From Polyangiales bacterium (GTDB lineage Bacteria; Myxococcota_A; Polyangia; Polyangiales; Houyiibacteriaceae), in NCBI GenBank assembly GCA_045106895.1, contig JBGCFM010000259.1:1-12528 (forward strand): a stretch of DNA of 12,528 bases. Direction: 5' to 3'. Below, one piece after another: positions 1 through 7,337 of the stretch. A program made the position numbers and the translations under genes. Within the stretch, counting starts at the first letter, position 1. The number at the start of each line of letters is the position of its first letter. Under the pieces are notes generated by a model that saw only the letters and a program-made list of their open reading frames with translations, did not search any database and was not told the DNA's origin.

Positions 1-16
1 TTCCCTCACCTTCGCC

Positions 17-1237
17 GTGGCTATGGAACACACGAAAGTACTGATCGCTCAAACCATCGCCGAGGGAGGCATCGAGCTTCGCGCGACTCCTCTAAACGGT
101 GGAGCAGCCCTCGTGGTGGAGAACGTCGAGGACGACGAGCAGGCGCTGACGAACGCGCGTCTTTTCTTGGAAGGCGTCTGCCACGCGCAGGCGAAGGGCG
201 ATGTCGCTTCCACCGGCGGCGTGTGGGTGGTTCAGACCGTGGAGCCCGCGATTCAGATCATGCTCCGCGCCCGCGTGGCCCCAGGCTCGCTCTTTAGCCG
301 CCTCTCCGGCGATGCGGACAACTCGGTGACGTTGGAAGACCCGACAAGCGGCGAGACTCCCCTTGCCGCCATCGCCTCCTGGCTCACGGCGGAAGGCTAC
401 TCACAGGTTCATACGGCGCCCCTCGTCGCCCTCGAGTGCCTGACCAAGAGCGTCGCTGCGTTTCCAGGGGCACTGCGGCAAGGCGACGACAGCTCCGTCG
501 GCCCCCGAAACAACAGCAACAACTACTTGGCGTGGGCGGGCCTCTCCGAGCTCGCGGCGGACAAGGGCGACTATGCCTTGGCGGATTCGCACCTGAGGGC
601 TGCGCTGGAGCGGTCTTGGTCGTTCCAGTTGGCTTCACTCGGCGGCCGGCTCAGCAAGGTCGAGGTCCTCGTTTCTGCGCAACAGATCGAACAGATGGTC
701 GGCGCGTTTGTGCGCGCCGGACTTCAGCAGTTCGATCAGCTCGATACTGCGGAAGAACACGGCTTACGCATCGTGCCTTCGCCTATCTTCTCCTTCGGTC
801 CAGGCGGGCGAGCGACGGTTCAGCTCTTGCCGATGACGAGCGCTCACCTCGAGCTCTTCTTCGTGGGCGCTGGCCGGGCCGTGGCGGAAGACCGAGCGAT
901 GCATGCCCTCGCCGCCGAGGCGCTCGCAAAACACGCCGAGAACGTGACGCCCCTGGTGCGCGTCATGCAGCACTGCGAGTTCTTCGATTCCACCTTTAGC
1001 GCGGAGAGTCGCTCGGTGTCCCTGGAGTACATGCCGCCTTTCCGCATGTGGACCACGATTCCTGTGTTGCTCGCCCAGTGTGAGGTCGCGGGGATGACGC
1101 TCGCGGAGAAACGCGCGTACCTTTCCCTGGACGACGCCGCGGATATCGCTCTGCAAGCGAATCGAAAAATGGACGCGCTCCGGGATCAGATCCAGGTGAA
1201 GATCGACGAGACCATCGCGGCGCTCCCCAGCGAGTAG
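17..1237 (+). CDS. Hypothetical protein (406 aa) with one central TPR-like helical hairpin; true start uncertain
   Basis: Long ORF with GC3-rich codons. YLAWAGLSELAADKGDYALADSHLRAALERS fits a TPR-like pattern. The frame is open back to position 2, so the start could be GTG17, ATG23 or upstream of the window. Confidence 0.8.
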   Translation: MAMEHTKVLIAQTIAEGGIELRATPLNGGAALVVENVEDDEQALTNARLFLEGVCHAQAKGDVASTGGVWVVQTVEPAIQIMLRARVAPGSLFSRLSGDADNSVTLEDPTSGETPLAAIASWLTAEGYSQVHTAPLVALECLTKSVAAFPGALRQGDDSSVGPRNNSNNYLAWAGLSELAADKGDYALADSHLRAALERSWSFQLASLGGRLSKVEVLVSAQQIEQMVGAFVRAGLQQFDQLDTAEEHGLRIVPSPIFSFGPGGRATVQLLPMTSAHLELFFVGAGRAVAEDRAMHALAAEALAKHAENVTPLVRVMQHCEFFDSTFSAESRSVSLEYMPPFRMWTTIPVLLAQCEVAGMTLAEKRAYLSLDDAADIALQANRKMDALRDQIQVKIDETIAALPSE

Positions 1238-1246
1238 AGTGCATCA

Positions 1247-1276
1247 TTGACGAAGGGCGCACGAAACGCGTAACCA
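1247..1276 (+). promoter_or_regulatory. Putative sigma70-type promoter (TTGACG-N18-TAACCA), probably giving a leaderless mRNA
   Basis: TTGACG at 1247-1252, TAACCA at 1271-1276, then 6 nt to ATG1283. No SD motif. Confidence 0.55.
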
Positions 1277-1282
1277 CGCAGC

Positions 1283-2461
1283 ATGAATCGCATTCTGCAC
1301 GTGCTCATGTTGCCCCTGCTTGTCCTCTTCGCAGCGTGCTCCGACGACGCCCCGGCGCCGGTCTCAGCCGTCGCGCCAGGCACGCCGACTCAAGGCACGA
1401 CTGGAACGGAGGATCCGGGAACAGCGGATCCGGGAACGGCAGCACCAGGAACAGCCGAGCCCGCGACCCCTGGCGTTGACCCCGCGCTCCTTGTGATCCT
1501 GCAGGAGAAGATCCGTGAGCACCGTGCGGAGATGACCCGCATCGCTGAAGACGCAGACCTCACCCCGGCGGAGCTTTCCGCGTACGCGGCGAGCATCGGT
1601 CGGCCTTTGCCGGCGGAGATCAACCCCGCGGAGATCCCGAATATGCAGCGCATGATGGGGGCCAACCTTCAGCGCACTCCCGGTGTTGATCAAATGGTTC
1701 CGCTGGTGATTCGTACGGAGGGCCCGCGAGCGCTCTTTGTCTATCGGCACGCCGCGGCCCCACCGTCCCAGCTCATCCTCGGCTCCACGCTCTTCGAGCG
1801 GGACGGGGCCAACTGGCGCCTGCTACGGAGCTTCGGCACGGACAGCCCGATTCCCGCCGGCATGTCCGCCGACGATGCCGCCCGCGCTCGTCTGCACGAA
1901 CCTGACTTCAGCGAGTTCTACTCCGAGCGTGAGCTTCCGCCGCTCGCCCTCGAAGCCGGTTCTCTCGCCTCGGACCTTCGGCTTTGGACTCGTTCGACGG
2001 AGCGCCAATGCACCGTGTCCATCGGCGGCGTGCAGGTCCTTGAAGGGAGCGGCGACGCAAATATGCTCTTGATGGGCCGCGAGTTCGGTAGGCGTCACCC
2101 CCTCGGGCAATCGCCGTTGGCAAAGCACTTCGCGCTCCGTGCTGGCAACAATCCCATCGCCGTTGCGTGTCAGGGGTCGTCGACGACGCCTGTCGAACTC
2201 CGGCTCACGCGGCGCGGCGAGTCGCTACCCTCGCTGGTGGTGGTCCTCGACCCGAGCGCCGGCGAACAGGTGAGCGGTTCTTTCGACCTCTCCGAAACCG
2301 TGCGAGACGCGCCCACGGCTGCGGCGTTCATCACGAACCGCGCCGACGGATCCCGGTTGAATGAACCCTCGGAGCAAGCGCTCCCGGACAACCCGCGCGT
2401 TCGGCGCCGAAGCACCGTTCAGCCACACATGGCCCCCGACTATCAGCCTCCTCCGGGCTGA
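1283..2461 (+). CDS. Predicted lipoprotein (392 aa): Pro/Thr/Gly linker, possible NTF2-like domain, then a beta-rich domain
   Basis: MNR, a hydrophobic stretch and lipobox FAAC, followed by a GTxxP repeat linker. FERDGANWRL resembles the terminal strand of NTF2-like folds and LRAGNNPIAV resembles beta-sandwich motifs; fold calls are inference. Confidence 0.85.
   Translation: MNRILHVLMLPLLVLFAACSDDAPAPVSAVAPGTPTQGTTGTEDPGTADPGTAAPGTAEPATPGVDPALLVILQEKIREHRAEMTRIAEDADLTPAELSAYAASIGRPLPAEINPAEIPNMQRMMGANLQRTPGVDQMVPLVIRTEGPRALFVYRHAAAPPSQLILGSTLFERDGANWRLLRSFGTDSPIPAGMSADDAARARLHEPDFSEFYSERELPPLALEAGSLASDLRLWTRSTERQCTVSIGGVQVLEGSGDANMLLMGREFGRRHPLGQSPLAKHFALRAGNNPIAVACQGSSTTPVELRLTRRGESLPSLVVVLDPSAGEQVSGSFDLSETVRDAPTAAAFITNRADGSRLNEPSEQALPDNPRVRRRSTVQPHMAPDYQPPPG
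1403..1462 (+). repeat. Four in-frame degenerate 15-nt tandem repeats encoding GTEDP/GTADP/GTAAP/GTAEP
   Basis: ggaacggaggatccg, ggaacagcggatccg, ggaacggcagcacca, ggaacagccgagccc. Confidence 0.9.
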
Positions 2462-2496
2462 TTTCTGCCGCTTTCCGGCGATGAGCCCCGCTCTCT

Positions 2497-2527
2497 CGCG
2501 GAAATCCAAACAACGAGGGTTTTCGCG
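2497..2527 (+). other. Intergenic RNA hairpin (11-bp stem with 2 G-U pairs, 9-nt loop); possible terminator or 3'-end stabiliser
   Basis: CGCGGAAATCC-aaacaacga-GGGTTTTCGCG. No U-tract follows, so it is not a canonical intrinsic terminator. Confidence 0.4.
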
Positions 2528-2542
2528 TCGCCCATTGGGCGC

Positions 2543-2548
2543 TATGAG
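2543..2548 (+). promoter_or_regulatory. Putative -10 element (TATGAG) for leaderless gshB
   Basis: TATGAG-cgggcc-ATG2555, the same 6-nt spacing as other genes in the window. No SD. Confidence 0.4.
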
Positions 2549-2554
2549 CGGGCC

Positions 2555-3493
2555 ATGCGCTTTCTATTCGTGATGGATCCCGTCGATACAATCCTTGTGG
2601 ACGAGGACACTTCCTTCGCCATCATGCTTGAAGGCCAGACCCGTGGGCACCGCATTGACCACTGCCTGGTGCGCGACGTTCAGCTCCGCGGCGGGACCCC
2701 CTTCGCCTCGTCTCGTTCGGCCACGATGAGCCGCGAAGCAGAGGAGGCCGTCGTTCTCGGTGATGTCGAGAACGTGGACATCGCGGACTACGATGGCGTC
2801 TTCATTCGCAAAGACCCGCCCTTCGATGACGAGTACCTCTGGCTCTCCCTCATCCTTGAGCGCGCCCGCGGCGAGAGCCTCATCATCAACGACCCGCGCG
2901 GACTTCGCGACGCCAACGAGAAGCTCTACGCCTGTCACTTCCCCGAGCTCATGCCCACGACGCTGGTGTCCTCCAGCCGCGACGCGATCCGCGCGTTCAC
3001 CAAAGAGCTCGGCGGTAAGGCCGTCATCAAGCCCGTCGACGGACACGGCGGCGCGGGCATCTTCATGCTTCAGAGCGACGACAAGAACTTCAACGCGTGC
3101 GTCGAAGCCGTGACCCATGGCGGCAAGCGTGTCGCGATGATTCAAGAGTTCCTCCCCGGCGTCAGCAAGGGCGACAAACGAATCCTCCTCGCCGGCGGCG
3201 AGATCCTCGGCGCGATTCTACGCGTTCCGAAGGGCGACGACCTTCGCTCCAACATTCACGTCGGCGGGAGCGTCGTCGCCACGGAGATCGACGCCGACGA
3301 TCAGCGCATCGTCGATGGCGTTCGCGAGCGCTTGGCAAAAGACGGCCTCTTCTTCGTCGGCCTCGACGTCATCGGTGGCAAGCTGACTGAAGTGAACGTC
3401 ACGAGCCCCACCGGCATTCAGCAGATGACACGCCTGTCCGGCATCAACTGCGAAGAGAAGGTCTGGCTCAAGATCGAAGAGCGCTTGGCCTGA
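2555..3493 (+). CDS. gshB: Glutathione synthetase (prokaryotic ATP-grasp type)
   Basis: 312 aa. Motifs FVMDP, DTS, RKDPPFD, NEKL, KPVDGHGG, QEFLP, GDKRI, RSNIHVGG and GLDVIGGKLTEVNVTSPTG. Confidence 0.97.
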   Translation: MRFLFVMDPVDTILVDEDTSFAIMLEGQTRGHRIDHCLVRDVQLRGGTPFASSRSATMSREAEEAVVLGDVENVDIADYDGVFIRKDPPFDDEYLWLSLILERARGESLIINDPRGLRDANEKLYACHFPELMPTTLVSSSRDAIRAFTKELGGKAVIKPVDGHGGAGIFMLQSDDKNFNACVEAVTHGGKRVAMIQEFLPGVSKGDKRILLAGGEILGAILRVPKGDDLRSNIHVGGSVVATEIDADDQRIVDGVRERLAKDGLFFVGLDVIGGKLTEVNVTSPTGIQQMTRLSGINCEEKVWLKIEERLA

Positions 3494-3508
3494 GCGAGGG
3501 GCTAGCGA

Positions 3509-4087
3509 TCACTTCTTACGCAGCTGTTTGATACGCAGCTGGTTCCCCGAGTCGTCGATGAGCGTCGCTAAGCGCCTCGCGCGCGTCTCTTCGCGTTTCG
3601 CGCTCAAGACCCAACGTGCGCTCTGCTTTCGATACCCCGGCGGCTGCTTTTCGTAGAACTCCCAGGCGCCCGCCGTCTCTTTGAATCGCGCGATCATGGG
3701 CGCCGGCAACGACGCGTCGAGCTTCGTCGCGTAGCCGCTGTCGGGGTGCACATCCTTGAAGGCGAAGGCAGCGAGACCTTCGGGTTTCATGCGGCCTTCC
3801 GCAGTGAGCCGCTCGATGAGGTCGATGTTTCGTTGGCTCCAGACGCTTTTAGGCTTTCGACGTGTGAAGCGAATCATGTAGCTCTCGTCGTCGCGTGACT
3901 TGCGAATGCCATCGATCCAGCCGTAACACAGCGCTTCATCGACGGTGTCCTCCCAGGTGACGGATGGCTTCTTTGTCGCCTTCTTGTAGTAGCCGACCCA
4001 GAGGTGCTCCGTCGTCGCGTGATGCTCTTCAAGCCATGCTCGGAAGTCCGCGGGGGTCGGGAAAAATGTCGGGGTGTGCTCACTCAT
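3509..4087 (-). CDS. YdeI/OmpD-associated family protein
   Basis: 192 aa. FRAWLEEHH, WVGYYKK, VDEALCYGWIDG, RFTRRKPKSVWSQRN, GRMKPEGLAA and PPGYRK...WVLSAKREETRARRL are typical of this family. Confidence 0.92.
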   Translation of the reverse strand: MSEHTPTFFPTPADFRAWLEEHHATTEHLWVGYYKKATKKPSVTWEDTVDEALCYGWIDGIRKSRDDESYMIRFTRRKPKSVWSQRNIDLIERLTAEGRMKPEGLAAFAFKDVHPDSGYATKLDASLPAPMIARFKETAGAWEFYEKQPPGYRKQSARWVLSAKREETRARRLATLIDDSGNQLRIKQLRKK

Positions 4088-4360
4088 GTTCGGTTTGCGA
4101 AGCTCCGCTCAGTCGGGGCCATCATTGAGCTTTGCGACCTCCGCGACGTGGACTTCACAAAGGCGGATTGCCGCGGCGCCGTCTTTTCGGAGTGTGATCT
4201 ACGCGGAGCCATCTTCGAGCAAAGCGACCTTCGCAAGGCTGACTTCTCGAGCGCGCAGAATGTCTCCTTCGAGCCCGAGCAGAATCAGATCCGCGGCGCC
4301 AAGATCTCCGCTGCTCTTGCCGTTGCGTTTGCTCAACGCAAGGGCTTCATCGTCGATTGA
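4076..4360 (+). pseudogene. 5'-truncated pentapeptide-repeat protein (C-terminal ~94 codons)
   Basis: Five-residue register CDLRD VDFTK ADCRG AVFSE CDLRG AIFEQ SDLRK ADFSS, then a C-terminal cap (NVSFEPEQNQIRGAKIS...GFIVD). The upstream half is replaced by antisense ydeI. The only nearby in-frame start is GTG4076, which lies inside ydeI. Confidence 0.75.
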
Positions 4361-4380
4361 ATTTCAGCCGCGGTTTTCGC

Positions 4381-4608
4381 TCAGGTTTGATCGATGAGGT
4401 TTTGAAACCTCGGATGCTCATCACGGAGTCCGTTGGAGAGCGCTGAGATGCGGTGGAACAAAGCTCGACGGTCCACAACGGCTCTCGATTCTTCGTAGGA
4501 CTCGAACGCCGCCATCATTCGAAGTAGGCGCTCTTCAGCGGCAGCGAGCTCTTCGAGTAGCTCCTCTCCCTGGTACTCGCCCTTGAGTGTCAGAAAAGAC
4601 CTTCGCAC
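4381..4608 (-). CDS. Small helical hypothetical protein (75 aa from GTG4608)
   Basis: GTG4608-4606 overlaps the upstream TAG (TAGTG). EELLEELAAAEERLLRMMAAF looks amphipathic. No competing plausible gene covers this interval. Confidence 0.5.
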   Translation of the reverse strand: MRRSFLTLKGEYQGEELLEELAAAEERLLRMMAAFESYEESRAVVDRRALFHRISALSNGLRDEHPRFQNLIDQT

Positions 4609-4955
4609 TACTGGTCGTCCGCAACGCGCGACTCCCATTCCAAAACCTCTGCGGCATTCGTGAACACCCTCGCAAGCTCTTGGCGGCTCGGGGCATCCTC
4701 AGTTTTAGCGTCGAACTTCTCCCAGGCGCGCTGGCATTGGTGGAGCGCTGGCTCCCACCGGCCGCCCGAAGCAACCATCGCCGCAAGTGGGTCGGCTTCG
4801 TACGCGGCGCGTGGTTCCAGCGGCCTCCGCTCCATTCGCACGATGTTGAACGTCGAGTACGCGGCCAAGAGTCGACCCGTTGCTTGAAGGACGTACCAGC
4901 CCACACGATTCGGCTGGAGCATCGCTGTACGAATGATCGTCATGGGGTCTTGCAT
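4608..4955 (-). CDS. Hypothetical protein (115 aa)
   Basis: Protein-like composition, with a promoter-like TTGTCT-N18-TAACCT upstream. Alternative ATGs lie a few codons downstream. Confidence 0.55.
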   Translation of the reverse strand: MQDPMTIIRTAMLQPNRVGWYVLQATGRLLAAYSTFNIVRMERRPLEPRAAYEADPLAAMVASGGRWEPALHQCQRAWEKFDAKTEDAPSRQELARVFTNAAEVLEWESRVADDQ

Positions 4956-4964
4956 CAGGGTTCC

Positions 4965-4994
4965 AGGTTACAGGCTGTGCATTCGGCGAGACAA
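4965..4994 (-). promoter_or_regulatory. Putative sigma70-type promoter TTGTCT-N18-TAACCT
   Basis: Minus strand: TTGTCT (4994-4989), an 18-nt spacer, TAACCT (4970-4965), then 9 nt to ATG4955. Confidence 0.5.
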
Positions 4995-5029
4995 TCCAGG
5001 TGTGAGTTCCCCGATAAAACTTGTGAACG

Positions 5030-5057
5030 CTGACGGACGCGCAGACTGCGCTACAGT
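5030..5057 (+). promoter_or_regulatory. Putative promoter CTGACG-N16-TACAGT with a palindrome in the spacer
   Basis: TACAGT at 5052-5057 lies 7 nt before ATG5065. GCGCAG-A-CTGCGC occupies 5039-5051. Confidence 0.5.
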
Positions 5058-5064
5058 CCGCGTC

Positions 5065-7173
5065 ATGAGAGTCACTCCTCTACTCCTCGCCCTCACAGCT
5101 TGTGGTGGCGGCGCTCTTCACCTGCCCACGACGCCGTCACCGACACTCGCCCTCGGCACCGAGGCCTGGGACGTCGACTCCGTGACGGACCTTGAGGTGG
5201 TCCGCGATATCGCTCGGGGAACGAGCGGCCTATACGCGGCGACGAGCGGCGGGGTCTATCTCTTTCAAGCTGGCTCTCAAGAGCGTGCGACGAGCGAGGA
5301 CACCTCTGGCGTGGCCGCGATTGGGAATCGCGTTTTCATCGCCGTTGGCGAGAGCATTCAAGTTCTCGATGGAGCTGCGGAAACACATCCCCCCATCGGC
5401 GAAGTGCATGATCTCTTCGCCGATGACGCCGGACGTCTGTGGGCTGCGGGTTCCCTCGGTGTCGCCCGCCGTGAAGCCTCCGGTCAATGGGCTCGTTTTG
5501 GCGACGCTGTTAGCGCTCGCCGGATCTTCCCCGGCGCTAGCGGCGAGCTTTGGATCGCGACGGCGCGAGGTCTTTGGCGCGTGCATGAGAACGTCATCGA
5601 AGAGCACCGCGAGCGCTCGCTTCCAGGTGCCGACGTTCGAAGCGTGCTGTCCATTGCCCAGGGGCGCGCGTTCGCTCTGGTCCAAGACGCAAGCGCCGCG
5701 TACCTGAGCTACTACGACTCTGAGCGCTGGACGCACTACACGCTTGCGAACTTTGACGAGCCCGCGGTGAGCCTCGGCCGCATCGAGGGCGCGATGGTGC
5801 TCTTCACCACGCAGCACGCGCTGCGCATCGGCGACGCGTCAGTGACGACGGGCGTGCCCCTTGTCGCCCTCGAGCGCAGCGAACACAACAGCGCGCTTCG
5901 CTACGATGGAAGCGGCGGCGTGCCTGCGCGCGCCGACCTCGCTCCGCTTCGCCCCAGCGCGGCTATGCGCCTCGCCCGTGTTCCCGATCAGCACCAAGCG
6001 CCTCCTGCGCCTGCCTGGAACGTGTCCCTCGCCGCGCCCCGCACCCGCGCCGCCTACGATGCATGGCATCTGGGCGACGTGACCTACGTCGCCGATGCCA
6101 GCCGCGGCATGCAAGCCCTTGGCGATTCGCGGGAGGGCCGCGACCTTCGTACGGGCTCACTCGTCACGGAGCGCCTTCGCTTGGTCAGCGACGAACGCCG
6201 GCGCACGTGGGTCTTGAGCGACCAGCGCCAGCTTGGTCGATGGAGCGAAGACCATTTCGAGCCCATCTCAGGCCCTGCAGACTACGTGGTCCACGCCATC
6301 GCCGCCGACGAAGCGGGAGTCCTCATCGCTTGCCTCTCGTCCACGCCGAACCGCGTGACGCTCTTTCGACGAGATGGCGAGGAGTGGGGCCCGCCAGTTC
6401 AGCGCACACTTCATTTTGCCGCGCCGACGCCCGCGCCGGCGACCCTCGAGGCGAAACCAGAACACGACGTCCCGCCTGATCCTAGCGCCGCCGCCGCCTT
6501 TGCCATGCCGCGCGAGAGCTTGGCGGGAGTCACGCACCTCGCCGTTCGCGGCGATGAAGTCTGGCTCGGCGTTCGCGTCACAGGCCCCGAAGGCGAGCGA
6601 CAGCGCGGCGCCGCTGCCTTGAGCTTCAGCTCCGAGGCTGTGATCTACCACCACGAGAGCGCTGAGGGTCCGGGCGCGCTTCGAATGCCCAATGCCTTTG
6701 AGAACATCGACCTAGGCGACGCCGGTATGGCGTGGTTCAGCACCCTCGTCGGTGCTGTGCGTCTGGGCAACTCCCAGGCGGTGACTTTCGGCGAAGCCCG
6801 CGGCGTCCGCGGCGAGGTTGTCAGCGACGTTTTGGTCGCGCCGGCGAACAAGATCTGGCTCGCCGCAGCCGAAGGCCCTGGCTACTACTTCCGTCAGAGA
6901 TTCGAGTTTCGTATGCCCACCAACGTCATCGCCCATCGCCCGACGGCGCTGACGCTCGCCTCAAACGGCGACATGTGGGGCGCGGGCCCAAGCGGACTTC
7001 TTCGCTACCGCGGCGGTGAGTGGAGCGTCTTCGCCGAAGGGGCGATTGGCGAAGGGCAAGCCATCCGCGACACGGCGTTTGTAGCGCTGGAGGGAGACGC
7101 CGAAGGACGCGTTTGGGCGCTAGGTCGAGAGGCGCTCTGGATCATTACAGAAGCGCCGGTGGTGGCGCCCTAG
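5065..7173 (+). CDS. Predicted lipoprotein with beta-propeller repeats (two-component-regulator-propeller-like), 702 aa; start revised from 4933 to ATG5065
   Basis: MRVTPLLLALTAC signal peptide and lipobox. Blade motifs DDAGRLWAAG, GASGELWIAT, DERRRTWV, APANKIWLA, ASNGDMWGAG and DAEGRVWALG. No kinase or transmembrane module. Confidence 0.88.
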   Translation: MRVTPLLLALTACGGGALHLPTTPSPTLALGTEAWDVDSVTDLEVVRDIARGTSGLYAATSGGVYLFQAGSQERATSEDTSGVAAIGNRVFIAVGESIQVLDGAAETHPPIGEVHDLFADDAGRLWAAGSLGVARREASGQWARFGDAVSARRIFPGASGELWIATARGLWRVHENVIEEHRERSLPGADVRSVLSIAQGRAFALVQDASAAYLSYYDSERWTHYTLANFDEPAVSLGRIEGAMVLFTTQHALRIGDASVTTGVPLVALERSEHNSALRYDGSGGVPARADLAPLRPSAAMRLARVPDQHQAPPAPAWNVSLAAPRTRAAYDAWHLGDVTYVADASRGMQALGDSREGRDLRTGSLVTERLRLVSDERRRTWVLSDQRQLGRWSEDHFEPISGPADYVVHAIAADEAGVLIACLSSTPNRVTLFRRDGEEWGPPVQRTLHFAAPTPAPATLEAKPEHDVPPDPSAAAAFAMPRESLAGVTHLAVRGDEVWLGVRVTGPEGERQRGAAALSFSSEAVIYHHESAEGPGALRMPNAFENIDLGDAGMAWFSTLVGAVRLGNSQAVTFGEARGVRGEVVSDVLVAPANKIWLAAAEGPGYYFRQRFEFRMPTNVIAHRPTALTLASNGDMWGAGPSGLLRYRGGEWSVFAEGAIGEGQAIRDTAFVALEGDAEGRVWALGREALWIITEAPVVAP

Positions 7174-7337
7174 AACGCACGATCGCGTTCGAGTGCCGCC
7201 GTGCACATCGAACCACCCAAGAACTCGCTCGCAGCGCGCACAGAGCTCGTATGTTCGCTCGCCGGACTCATCACGGTTTTCGAGGTGTCAGAACAGTGTT
7301 CTAGCGGGCTGGCGCAGACTCCGGCACCCTGACGACC

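Noticed and set aside
4004..4075. Start of the 118-aa ORF as an intact pentapeptide gene
   Set aside because: This part is antisense to conserved ydeI codons and mostly lacks the pentapeptide register.
4076..4360. Qnr/MfpA quinolone-resistance call
   Set aside because: Only a generic, truncated pentapeptide repeat is visible, with no subfamily-specific evidence.
5004..5020. GAGTTCCCCGATAAAAC resembles the two ends of a type I-E CRISPR repeat
   Set aside because: Single copy, the central hairpin is absent, and there are no spacers or cas genes; most likely chance.
4933..5064. N-terminal extension of the 746-aa ORF
   Set aside because: It overlaps the divergent gene and both promoters and would bury the signal peptide; ATG5065 fits better.
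3494..5064. Integron cassette array or mobile element
   Set aside because: No attC-like sites, integrase, transposase or flanking direct repeats, and gene orientations are mixed.
7290..7302. GAAC-N3-GTTC as a LexA box
   Set aside because: GAAC/GTTC-type LexA boxes use a 4-nt spacer, and the downstream gene is not SOS-like.
7310..7326. TGGCGC...GGCA as a sigma54 promoter
   Set aside because: GG to GC spacing is 11 nt rather than the required 10.
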